Source: Camelus ferus (Eukaryota). Taken from it: DNA of 64,000 nt. The stretch is taken from the NCBI RefSeq assembly GCF_009834535.1, contig NC_045696.1:106146001-106210000 (forward strand). The letters are read 5' to 3'. A program made the translations under genes and the position numbers. Below, one piece after another: positions 24,255 to 34,869 of this stretch. Positions within the stretch are counted from its first letter, which is position 1; the number at the start of each line of letters is the position of its first letter. The notes beneath the pieces were generated by a model. The model saw nothing but the letters and a program-made list of their open reading frames with translations. It did not search any database and was not told the origin of the DNA.

Positions 24255-24850
24255 TGAAGGAGAATTAATAAAATGGCCGCACATAAGCTAATAGGTTGCT
24301 TAATCTTATGCTTGCTCAAACTGGCCGACGAGCCTGACTGACCGGTTGCTGTTCACAGCTCCAGGCCCATTGTTAAAATGAAGCTATTAATTTTACTGTC
24401 TCTGCTTTATTCCAATAATCGAAAGCAATAATCATACTCGATTTCTGAGTCATTCTCCAGAGAGAAGGTCACGGGACTGTAACCTTACAAAACAGCCTGA
24501 ATTACCAAGAAGACCAATGCCTTGGGTGCTTAAAAGATAGAGATCGAAAGAGCGACAACCACTAGCCTCTACAGACTTGGTTGCCTGGAGACACCATGAT
24601 GCCACTGTGAGTCTTATGAGAAGAAAATGGTTCTGTTGATTGTTATCGATGCTTTATTGTTTGAGCTGTGGCTGTATAATCACCCCACCCCATCCCCAAG
24701 GTGGGGTCATGGTTTTGAAGGCACTAGCCTGCTGTGAGCCCCCTTTGCCCGGCAAAGCAATAAAGCTGTCTCTTTTCTTCTAAGCTCTAAGACCCTGTCT
24801 CTGAGTTTCAAGTCGGCTTGTCAAGGATGGGGGCCGATCTTTTGGCAACA
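24255..24850 (+). mobile_element. ERV1-class solo LTR
   Basis: TG...CA termini (tgaaggag... / ...tttggcaaca). Internal gtataat and aataaa (~24759). Flanks ggtcc/gttcc form an imperfect TSD. Confidence 0.72.
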
Positions 24851-27639
24851 GTTCCAGACCCCCAGAGAACATGGGTGTCACTTCTGTAGAACTTCCTTGC
24901 AGAGTGAATGACAAGAGAGAGGGATGAACACTGAGCTTCAGCCGGAGGAACTCTGGCTCTTATTGGACCCAGGAGCTGGCAGTGGCCAGAGGGCCTGGCT
25001 GGGCCACCCCCAGGGACAGAGCATCCCTCACCCCCTCACTACCCCCCGTGCAGGACAAAGGGCCTGTCCTTCCCTTGGCTCCCGCCCGGGCATGATGGCT
25101 GGGTTGGGGGCAGCGGGTGACCTTGGCCAGCAGACTCAGTGGGCTGTGGGAGGGATGTGGTTAGAGAACACATGGATCTCATTGGCCTCAGAGGCCCCAG
25201 GGAAGGGAGGTTTGTGGAAAGACTGAGGCATTGAACCTGGGCTGGGAAAGGAGACGGCAGTCAGGCTGAGTGCATCTTGGCTCTGCCCCCATCCTTAGGA
25301 AACCTGTTGTGACAGAAGCCTTGAACTTGGCACAGAGGAGAAGTATTGGGTGAGATGATGCACAAGAAGCTTTGGAGCAGCCCCCTCTGTAAAAAGAATT
25401 CCCCCTGGAACTCTGCGCTCAACAAAAAGATTGCCTTCCCAACACAGGCTCTTTGTTGGGACAACTGCCTTAACACAAAACTAAAACCTATTTCACACCT
25501 AACTCCAGAATACATTTCCAATGAATTAGCTTAAATTAGTAATAGCTAATGGTGACACAGAACCTACTATGTGCCACTTACTGTTTCTAGAGCTTTCCAT
25601 GAATTAGCTCATTTAATCTTCACTATAATGGTATGAGGTATAAAGGATTCCATTTTATTATTAATGGATAGGAAGTCATCAGGGGAAAAGGTATAAATAT
25701 AAAGGAATTAGAGAAAATATATGGATGAGAAAGGACCCTGTTAACCTTACACCAAAGACAAAAATTATAAAGAAAAGGATAGCTTTAAACATTTAAAATT
25801 TAAAGTGTCTGTAGTGTAAAAACAAATCACAAATAAAATTAAAAGATTAATTGGATGCTAGGGAAATTTTTTGCAATAAACATGACATAGAATTGGTCAA
25901 TAATACATAAAAATTAATAAATAAGAAAAATGAAATTTCCAATAGGAAATAGAAGAGAGCAGAAATAAGTAATCTGTAAGGAATAAAAATTGACAAACCT
26001 TAGAACGTCCAATCTTACTGGCGGTCAAATAAATGAAAATAAAATAGAATCAGATTTCCATTCCATTAAGCAAAGATTTTCAAAAGAGATGATAGCATCC
26101 AGGGATGGTGGAAGTATAGGAAATGTGCATTTCTTACGCTGGTTCATGCACGTTTCTCTTTAATAGCTGGGTAATTTCCATTCTATGGGTACAGCATTAT
26201 TTATTTAGTCATCCTCAATTATTACTTACTTAGATCATTTCCAATTTTTTGTCTTATGAATGCCTTGACTTATCAAAGATCATCTTTGTTCATCATTCTT
26301 TGCAATTTTGATGATTTCTTTAGGAAAGGGTCCTAGGAGCAGAATTTTTAGTAGAAGATTTTTAGCCTCTTGATGCTGGATGCCAAACTGCTTCGTGTAA
26401 AGACTGAATATGTTTTCCTTGACAAAGGGAGCTGGGTAAGAGCAGAGCTCAGAGTAGCCCTGGGACCAGGAGAGGAGAGAGCAACGGGCAGAGAGAGTGG
26501 AGTCCAGAAGTTGCATTCCAGGTGAAGAGCATTGGGGCAGGGGAGTGAGGCAGACATGGGGGAGGTGGGGGGTCAGGAGCTGGTGCCAGAGGATGGGGGT
26601 GCAGGGCAGAGCCCTCCAGGCCGGCCATCCAAGAAGGATGACTGATGCCCAGCCCCGGGCCTGCCCTACAAGGAAGGCAGGGGGACCCCAAGGGACAGGT
26701 TGGCCTGGATTCTAACACCTCACTCCCTGGGGTTGTCACCCAGCTCCTCCAAGCCTTAAGTGAGGTGACCCAGGCAAAGCACAATGATTGGCACTTGCTA
26801 GGTATTCAATAAATGGTGGCTGGGTTACTCGTAAGCACTCCAAAAGCATTTACTGATTTGACCTTGGGATCTTGGCTAACACTGAAATAAGAGATTGTAT
26901 GTGCCAGCCATTATTCTGAGAGTGTACATCTAATTCAAACCTCACAATTTGACAAATGAGGGAATCAAGACATAGAGCATTCGGGCACCTGTCCTAAGTC
27001 ATTGGCCAAGAGCACCAGCGGCCACGCTCTTGGCACGGCCACCCGCAGCTCTGTGTCCCCATAACAGCGGAATTTCAGCAATGCCCACCACGAAGAAGAA
27101 GCAGAAGTCTGCATTCCTGGGGTGGGGAGGGGAGGCAAGAGTTGTTCTATTAACTAGAAAACCAGTTGTCGTGTGCTGGGTCAAGCACTCCTCCAGGCCA
27201 CCCTCAAGTAGGGCCAAGAGGCCCCTGGCAGCGGGCTGCTCCCGTGGGCTGGAGGGCCCAGACTGCACTTGAGGCCCCCGAGGTCTCACCCACTCAGCTA
27301 ACTGATGGCTGGCTGGCCTGGACCTGCTAAAACAAAACAAAACAAAAAAAACCAAAAAACAAAAAACAAAACAGTCTGGCAAAACGCAGCAGGCAGGACA
27401 GGCAGTGCCCCTGGGAGGAGCCCAGTGCAGAAGCTCCGGAAAATGACAGTGATCGAGGTTCAAACTGCCTCTGCTGAGTCACCCGGGGGAAGTGGATCTG
27501 CATTCAGCTCCCTTGGAGGAAGGCGGACACGTGGGAGATGCAGTGAAAGATTTGCCTCAAACAAGTTAAAATTAAAAAGGGGTGGGGTGGCTGGTGGGAC
27601 CAGCTGGTCCTCCATGTGGCGGGGGTGGCGGTTAACAGA

Positions 27640-27832
27640 GCACAGGCTTGGGAGCCAGACAGAACAGCACAGCGGGTCAGGCCAGGCTCGGTCAGCCCCG
27701 GCTGTCCCCGGGCCTCGTTTCCCTGTAAGAGAAGCGCCATATCAGCGAGCTCGCAGGGTGCAGTGGTAACCAGGAGGGGTGACGAGATAATGTGCACAAA
27801 TAGCACAGTGCCTGGCGGGCAGAAAGCTCAAC
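27640..27832 (+). mobile_element. MIR SINE
   Basis: agcacaggcttgggagccagac...gcctcgtttccctgtaag...gagataatgtgcacaaatagcacagtgcctggc. Confidence 0.55.
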
Positions 27833-28100
27833 AAAACGTTCGCCCAGTAACAGCATGTGTGGTGCACGTACCCTGGGCCACGCCCTCCGCTGAGCCCGTG
27901 GATTAGCTAGTTCAGGGTTCTTAACATCATGTTCCAGGAACTTGTGAGAAGCTCTAATGCTCGGGCCCCATCGGGCCACCTGCTGAATCTGAAAATCCTG
28001 TTTTAACCAGCCCCCCAGGTGATCATGATGGTCACTAATGTTTGAGAACTACCACCTAATTTATACTCATTAGCATTGTTATAGAACAAGGTGAAAAAAA

Positions 28101-28212
28101 TTGTCTGTGTTGGGGAGGTAATTGGGTTTATTTTTAGAGGAGGTCCTGGGGACTGAACCTAGGACATCATGCTTGCTAGGCGTGTGCTCTACCACTTAAG
28201 CTATACCCTCCC
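28101..28212 (-). mobile_element. tRNA-Ala-derived camelid SINE (vic-1-like)
   Basis: Minus strand gggagggtatagcttaagtggtagagcacacgcctagcaagcatgatgtcctaggttcagtccccaggacctc, plus aaataaacccaattacctcccc tail. Confidence 0.8.
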
Positions 28213-28247
28213 TCCCACAACAAGAGGCAAAAGTTTATTCTTACCAG

Positions 28248-28358
28248 CAGGGGGACTAACAATCCTGGTTTGCCGGGGACTGTCCTGGGTTTAGCCCTGA
28301 AAGTCTCACATCCCAGGAAGCTTCTCTGTCACAGGCAAACTGGAAACTTGGTCCCCTA
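28248..28358. mobile_element. MER81-like hAT-Blackjack MITE
   Basis: agggggactaacaatcctggtttgcc...ggcaaactggaaacttggtccccta; self-complementary ends, ~110 bp. Confidence 0.7.
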
Positions 28359-29944
28359 TTAGCAGCTGGAAACGCCCTGTACCCTAGGAAGGGGTTATGG
28401 GATTGCGGCAAGAGAAAGCAAAGCAGGTGAAGGTGAGAGGACCTGCAGTGGGTGTTTGGCTGACTGATGGGGGCTGCTGTCGGCGGAGGAGTGGGTGGGA
28501 GGGAGGCGGTGGGAAGGGGTATGAGGCAGAGGCTAAACTTCAGAGTAGGGGGCTGTGGAACAGAGTCAGAAGCAGAAGTCCCTGTGGGAACCTGACCCTC
28601 AGAAACGGAGTCCTCGGCTGTCTTGGGGCTGCTGTAGGCTGGGGACCGGGGACTAAGAAGGGTAGTGGGAGCCTATCTGACTCCGTTTGACAGCATCAAG
28701 GCCCCTGCTGATGTAAGAATGACTCATCCATTTAATGAACATTAAAGGCTAACGTTGTAGCACCAGGCCCTCCCCAGGACCTGGGGGACATGACGTCATT
28801 GCAGACTATGACCAGACAAGTCAACAAGTCAAGCCAGGCTCCGAGAGGATCTGCTTGAATGAAAAGAGAAGACTTCTTGTAGTCAAGTGTTCATTTACTA
28901 AGAGCTGGGCTCCTCCACACAACTGATTGTTCTATTAACGAGTTTTCACTGAGAAGCCATAGGATTCAAGGAACTAGCATAAAATGGGGCCCAGCTGGTG
29001 GTCACAGCCCTGGCACTACAGATGAATCGAGGGAGCTTTAAAAAGTCTTCATACCTGGGCTGCGATCCAGACCAACTGCACCAGATTCTCCAGGGGTGTG
29101 GCCTGGGCAGCAAGATTTTTTTCCCCCCCAAAACTCCCAAGGTGATTCTAATACTGATATACGGCCCTTTGCAAAACACTGGTTATGAATTTGGGATGAT
29201 GGCATCAGACGTCAGGTGCCTTTGCTATAGGCCTTACATCTCTCCTCTGCCCTGTTTCCCAGCTCGGCTCCCACTCAGGGGTGGGTGGCAAAGTAGTCCC
29301 AGGGCTGTCACAGCATCCTGAATTTCCTGTCCCCTGTGCCAATTCTGGACCAGCATGTGGGGGGGGAGGGGTGAGTCACGTGTGGGTCACACACTTAGTC
29401 ATGTCGGGGGCACGGAGAAGGGGCCGCCCCCTCCCTCAGGATGTTGTGGGGGCGATTCGGGGATGTGTGAAGAATTTTGTCAGAGCTGCTTAGAAGAGAA
29501 CATGGACCTTCTATTCTTTCATTTCGTCTTCGTACTCTCAGTGGCTGTGAAACTACCCGAAGGCCTGCAGCCAGGAAAGGGGGTTCAAGGGGCTGGTTCA
29601 TTTTTCCCCAGGGAAACCCATGCTGGTACAGCAGGACTCAGACAATATGATCGTCTCCCCAGGAGAATACATGTGTGTCTACACACAATTTTGCGCATGA
29701 TTTCAAGGGGGGTCAGCTACCCCATCTGTTACCCCACGGAGCCAAAGTTAATAACCCCTGTGCTAGGGTCCCTGGGTTCCAGACTTTAAAGGACCCTTGT
29801 TAATCAGATGCAGGAAGAAGAGGGGAGGGATCTGGGAAACTACCCAGAATGCCCGCTGCTGTCTTGGAGATGAGAACAAAAACCAAGCTGCCACTTACCT
29901 TCACGTGGTAGGAATTTTCATTTTTTATCTACAGGTATTAATTC

Positions 29945-30765
29945 AGTGGTTCTCAAACTTTTGGGTGCATCCAAATCACCTGGAGGGCTGGTGAAGCCCA
30001 CATGGCAGGGCCTCGCCTCAGAATTTCTGACTCAGTATGACAGGAGGGGAGGAGACAGGGCTCAGCCATTAAAGGAATGACACAGCAGATAGCACCAAGA
30101 TGGTGGGAAAGTCAACTCCCAGTAGACCTTGAGCTTCAATATGTGCTCACTGAAATACAATAACACGCCAAAGGGTACTCCCATAGGTGCCATGACAGTT
30201 TCAAGGCTGATCATAAAAGGTCAAAAAGTGGGCGATGATTGCCCAATTCCTGGGAATCCCAGCTCCTTCCCCAAAGGAGTTGGAATAATCCCCCCACCTG
30301 TTAGCATATGAAGTTACTGAGCCCATAAAAACTAAGCCCCCACACCTCAGGGCTGATCTCATTTTTCCTAGCTGCCCCCGTGCTCTAAGCACTCCCCTCC
30401 TTCTGAATGAGTTGGACCGTACTGTCTACGGAGCGCGTAACTATTATTACTTTAAACTGAACACCCAACCCCTATACCTTGTGGCCTTTCTCTTGCCTTC
30501 TGAATTAGCCTGCAATCTGTCTACGGAGTATGTATCTCTAAATAAATCTACCTTTACTCAGCTGTGGCTCGCTCTTGAATTCTTTCCTGCGTGAAGCTAA
30601 GGACCCATACTTGGCAGGTCCTTGACCTGGAACACGGCCATCCCCTCGCCCCACATTTTTCTTGTATAAAGTAGGTCTGAGATGGGGCCAGATAATTTGC
30701 ATTTCTAAGCAGTTCCCAGGTGAAGCTGAAGCTGCTGGTCTGGGGACCACACTTTGAGAACCACT
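29945..30765. mobile_element. MER5A split by an LTR (pieces ~29945-30037 and 30670-30765)
   Basis: cagtggttctcaaact...tttctgactcagta | agtaggtctgagatggggcc...ggaccacactttgagaaccact rejoin to a full element. Confidence 0.85.
30038..30669 (+). mobile_element. MER41-like ERV1 solo LTR
   Basis: 4-bp TSD agta (30034-30037, 30670-30673). Collinear MER41 motifs accaagatgg, gccatgacagttt, gaataatcc...ttagcatat, ctgtctacggagta, aataaa, tgaattctttcctgcgtga. Confidence 0.8.
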
Positions 30766-31404
30766 TACCCAATTAATTCACCTCCATTCATCGGCTCAGG
30801 CGCAGGTCCCATGACTGACTTGGAAGCTGGGTTTGAGTCAAAATTAATGGTTTCTTTCATCATCACCACATGTTCCTTCTACTGAAAGCAACCATCCATC
30901 AGTCTTGGCCAGTAGGAACTCAGCTTTCTTTTGTCATGTTTAAATTTTCACATTAACATGATAATGAGCGATTTGGCACGATGCTGGAATTCCACGAAGT
31001 GGAAGTCCCGGGGATAAGAGCACCCCACGCTGGCACAGAACACCCACCTTTAGAGAGCCCTTCAAGAGTCAAAGCCTTTCCACAGTCTCAGCCGGGATTC
31101 AGAGCACTTTACATTGAACACAGATGTCCACATTTTAAGAAAAATGCTAGGGTGTTTGAGAAGCAAACTGGGATCCAATTTGCCTTGGTGTAAAAAAGGT
31201 TCTGTAACGAAGGAAACCACTTGCTGGCTGTGGGGATACTTCTGAGCTCACTGCCTGACCAGGTGGAACCTGGTGGCTGTTACAGGCAGAAGAGCAAACT
31301 GGTCTGAAAGCAGATGAGGCTTCCTCTGGGTGGACGTGGCTGAACTGGGTCGTGAGGCGAGTCCAGGCTGGATTTCATTTCAATCCTGAGTTGATGTTCC
31401 AGGG

Positions 31405-31545
31405 CTGTGACTCTCAGATTTTATTGCACATGTGAATTACCAAGGGCTCTTGTTAAAGTGCAGATTCTGATTCAAGAAGTCGGGACAGAGCCCAGGAGTC
31501 TCCATTTCCAACAGTCTCCTGGGTGATGCTGATGGTGACATCTGT
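31405..31545. mobile_element. MER5-type DNA transposon relic
   Basis: cttgttaaagtgcagattctgattca...cccaggagtctccatttccaacag...ggtgatgctgatg. Confidence 0.6.
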
Positions 31546-32329
31546 GACACTTGGGAATTTTACCCACTACCTTCTTCAAAACCGTGGAGATGGAGGTGGA
31601 GTTTATTTTTTAAAGATCCTGGTTTCCCTAGGAACCCAGGCATGCTTTAGAAAGAGAAATCGTTAATCTTCAAAAGTGATAGTTACTCAGCTTAATACTG
31701 AATGAAAGTTCCATCTTGTCTGTGAACAGCGTCCTCATCTACAGGGTACAAACTTTACAAGAGTTCCCTTTTCAGCTCCTCCAGGTTGAGGGATTTCTCC
31801 CCATGCCCAGATCAAAATGGTTTATCATTCCCATTAGGCTGCAAACCTCTGTGATATAGTGGCTGGGTTTTAACGTCCTCTGATGTCCTGATGTGTGGCT
31901 TAGAGCTACACAAATGAGTATTTTTTTTTCTTTCTTAAAGCCTTTACTTTTTTCCCTACAAAATCCATCTTTTCAATATCTAATAAGTGTTAAGTTTTGT
32001 CAGTCTTCATTTTCCAAGATATAGGAAACAACCACAAAATCTTAAAGCTTTTACTTTTGAGACATGACAGAAAAATTTTACAGGTCCACATGGAAAATAA
32101 ATACACAATCGCAGTTGAAAGTGAAGACAATCTGATCAGAAAGCTTTCACTCCTGTCGGCTAATAGACAAAGCTGAAGTCCTGAGTGTGACATGCAGCAG
32201 GGCCGAAAGGGATGGTAATTAGTGATTGAACATATTTGACCTCCCTTTTCTTGTGGGAAATGAATGTTAGCTGGTTACTAGGTGTTCAGTGGATCCCCTC
32301 TGACACATCTGATAAATGAGATGGGGCGC

Positions 32330-33700
32330 CATTGATGTGGGAGGTTTGAACAGAGTGGAGACATGATTTGGCTTCTGTTTTTATCAAAACTTCTCTGGTT
32401 GCTGTACTGAGAATGAAGTGCAGAAAGACACGGGTGAAACAGGCATGGATGATGGCGCCTCAGGGCTGGAACGTTAGCCCACTGCTACTAGGCGATGGGA
32501 AACGGGAGGATTTTGGATGTATTACGCAGGTAGAGGCTGCAGGACTTGCTGACAGCTTGGATGTGAGGTGTGAAAGAGAGGAGTTAAGGCTGACTCCAGG
32601 ACTTTTGGCCTGAGCCGAGGAAGCTGTGGGGAGGCAGGCATATGGGAGGGCGAAGATCAGGAACTCAGCCTGGACAGGTTAACTCTGAGACACCGTGCTG
32701 GAGACATCCAAACGGAGGTGTCAAGTAGGCAGCTGGGTAAGTGAGTGGGGTCTCGGAGAGAGAATTTTAGGCTGGAAATAGACCTTTGGGAGTCACCAGC
32801 ACCTAAAAGGCATTTGACTCTCCAGATTGGGTGAGATCACCAGGAGAGTAGTTGAGGTGTGGAAGAGGACCAAGGACAGCTCTGGAGTGCTCCACTTAAC
32901 AGGTTAGATGGAAGAGGAGGGATCAGCAAAGGAGACTAGGGAGTGGCCACGAGGAAGGAAACAACCAAGACTTGGCAACATCCTAGCAGTCAAGGGGAGA
33001 GACCAACAAGGAAGGGCCAGTAATCAACTGTGTCAAGGCTGTGAAAATATCAGATATGAGAAGGTTGAGAACCAACCCTGAAATTAGTGAGATGGGAGCC
33101 ACTGGTGACATTGAGGAGAAGGGCAGTGGTAGAGCCATGGATGAAAGTCTATTTGGAGCAGTTCAAAAGGAATGAGAGGAATTCATAACGATGAATATAG
33201 ATTACTCCTTAAAAAATTTCTTTTACCTTTTTTGGGGGGGTAGGTAATTGGGTTTGTTTTTTAATGTAGGTGCTGGGGATTGAACCTAGGACCTTGTGCA
33301 TGCTAAGCACGCATCTACCACTGAGCTACAGCCTCCCTGCTAGATTAATCTTTTAAGATGGCTTCCTGCAAAAGACAGCAGAGAAGCACGTGTCACCTGG
33401 CAGAGGAGGTGGTTCAAAGGAAGGTTTTGTTCTTGTTTATGAGATGGGAAAGGTCCAGTTGAGAGAGAGCTGATGATGCAGGAAAGAAAGGGGTGAAGTG
33501 CCAGAGGGCCTGGGTGGGTTCTAGTGCCCAAGAGAAGGGACTGGCTTTAGCCAGGAGCATGGACAGTTCATCCGTAGCAGCCAAGGAGGCAGAGTGCAGG
33601 TGGGAGCGGGGGGTGGAGATGGCGGAGTCTGGAAATGCTGTTCAGCTGGCTTCCACTTTCTCAGTGGAGGAGGAAGCATCAGCTGAGAGTGAGCGAGGTT
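32330..33700 (-). mobile_element. L2 LINE fragment (interrupted by a SINE)
   Basis: Purine-rich: aggacttgctgacagcttggatgtgagg, gacatccaaacggaggtgtcaagtaggcagctgg, tttgggagtcaccagc, gatcagcaaaggagact. Confidence 0.75.
33216..33337 (-). mobile_element. tRNA-Ala-derived camelid SINE (vic-1-like)
   Basis: Minus strand gggaggctgtagctcagtggtagatgcgtgcttagcatgcacaaggtcctaggttcaatccccagcacc. Degenerate TSD tagatta(c/a)tc at ~33198 and ~33341. Confidence 0.85.
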
Positions 33701-34002
33701 TGACACAGTGAGAAGAAGGCAATGTGAAGATGGACAAGAGAGAGATTTGAAGATGCTGACCTTGAAGATGGGAGTGATGTGGCCACAAGTCATGGAGTGC
33801 CAGCAGCACCAGAAGCTGGAAGAGGCAAGAAGCGAATTCTCCACTAGATCCCGTTAGGAGCCCAGTCCTGCCGACACCTTGACCTCAGCCCAGTGATACT
33901 GAGTCTGGATTTCTGGCCTCTAGAACTGTGAGAGGATAAACTTCTGTTATAAGCTGGTAAGTTTGTGGTCATTTGTTACAACAGCCACAGAAAACTAATA
34001 CA
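33700..34002 (+). mobile_element. MLT1D-like LTR, 3' half
   Basis: tttgaagatgctgaccttgaagatgg...agaagctggaagaggcaagaagcgaattctcc...tttgttacaacagccacagaaaactaataca. Confidence 0.8.
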
Positions 34003-34844
34003 GGACTAAAGGAGAACTATCAGAGGACACTTTGTCCTGCTCACCGCCATATACCCAGCACCCAGCCCAATGCCTGGCACATGGTGGGCCCAATAAATAT
34101 GTGTGGAATGAATGAACAGGCAGTGGCCACCACACCACTCCTCCCACTCTAGCCTGCAGTCCCCCTTCTCTGCTCCCAGCCCAGAGGGTGTGAGAAGCAC
34201 CCTCTAGCCCCTACAATTACGGGCTTCAGCCATCACCACTCAAAGAGGTAACAAGAGTAAGATTTGACCTCTTGGTCTCTATTCCCTGGAAAAAAAGACC
34301 CAAAGAGGCTCAGCTTTTTGGTCAAGTACCCACCAGTTTCAACCAACAGGGAAATGACATCACATGGTACAAAAGACTGTAATCTTGCATATGGGGGCAG
34401 GGGACACTGCATGAAAAGCAACATGAGACAACCCACTAGGTGTCCTTTACAAAGAGCATGATTTCTGGGATCCTTACCACGAGCTCCCACACTTAGCTTT
34501 AGCCCTCTGCCTAGGAGGTGCACAGTATTGCCCCATTCACAGGCGGGGCAACTGACGATTAAAGCAGGTAACTTGCTCAAAGACATATAAAAGTCCGAGG
34601 CAGAGCCCGAATCCGGGGCTGCTGAACATCAGCAGGCTGTGTCTCTAAACGTTGCGCTCACCTGCCTTCATCCTCTGGCCTCTGTGCAGGATGGGGACAC
34701 CCCTCATAGCCACCAGCCGTCTCCTCCTTACTTTAGGTCTGCTCCGCAAGAGGGTGGTGTTCTGGGCCAGACACTGACAACTGCTGACAACGTACAGTGT
34801 TCTCAGTGACACTTTAGGAACATTTGAGTAAGAGGAAATCAGAC

Positions 34845-34869
34845 AGACAAGTGTTCCTCTTCTTTTATT
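34845..34869 (-). terminator. MRAS: Probable MRAS polyadenylation signal and cleavage region
   Basis: AATAAA on the minus strand (tttatt 34864-34869), a CA ~12-15 nt downstream, then GU/U-rich ttgtctgtctgattt. Implies a ~3.2 kb 3'UTR, similar in size to the human one as recalled. Confidence 0.7.
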
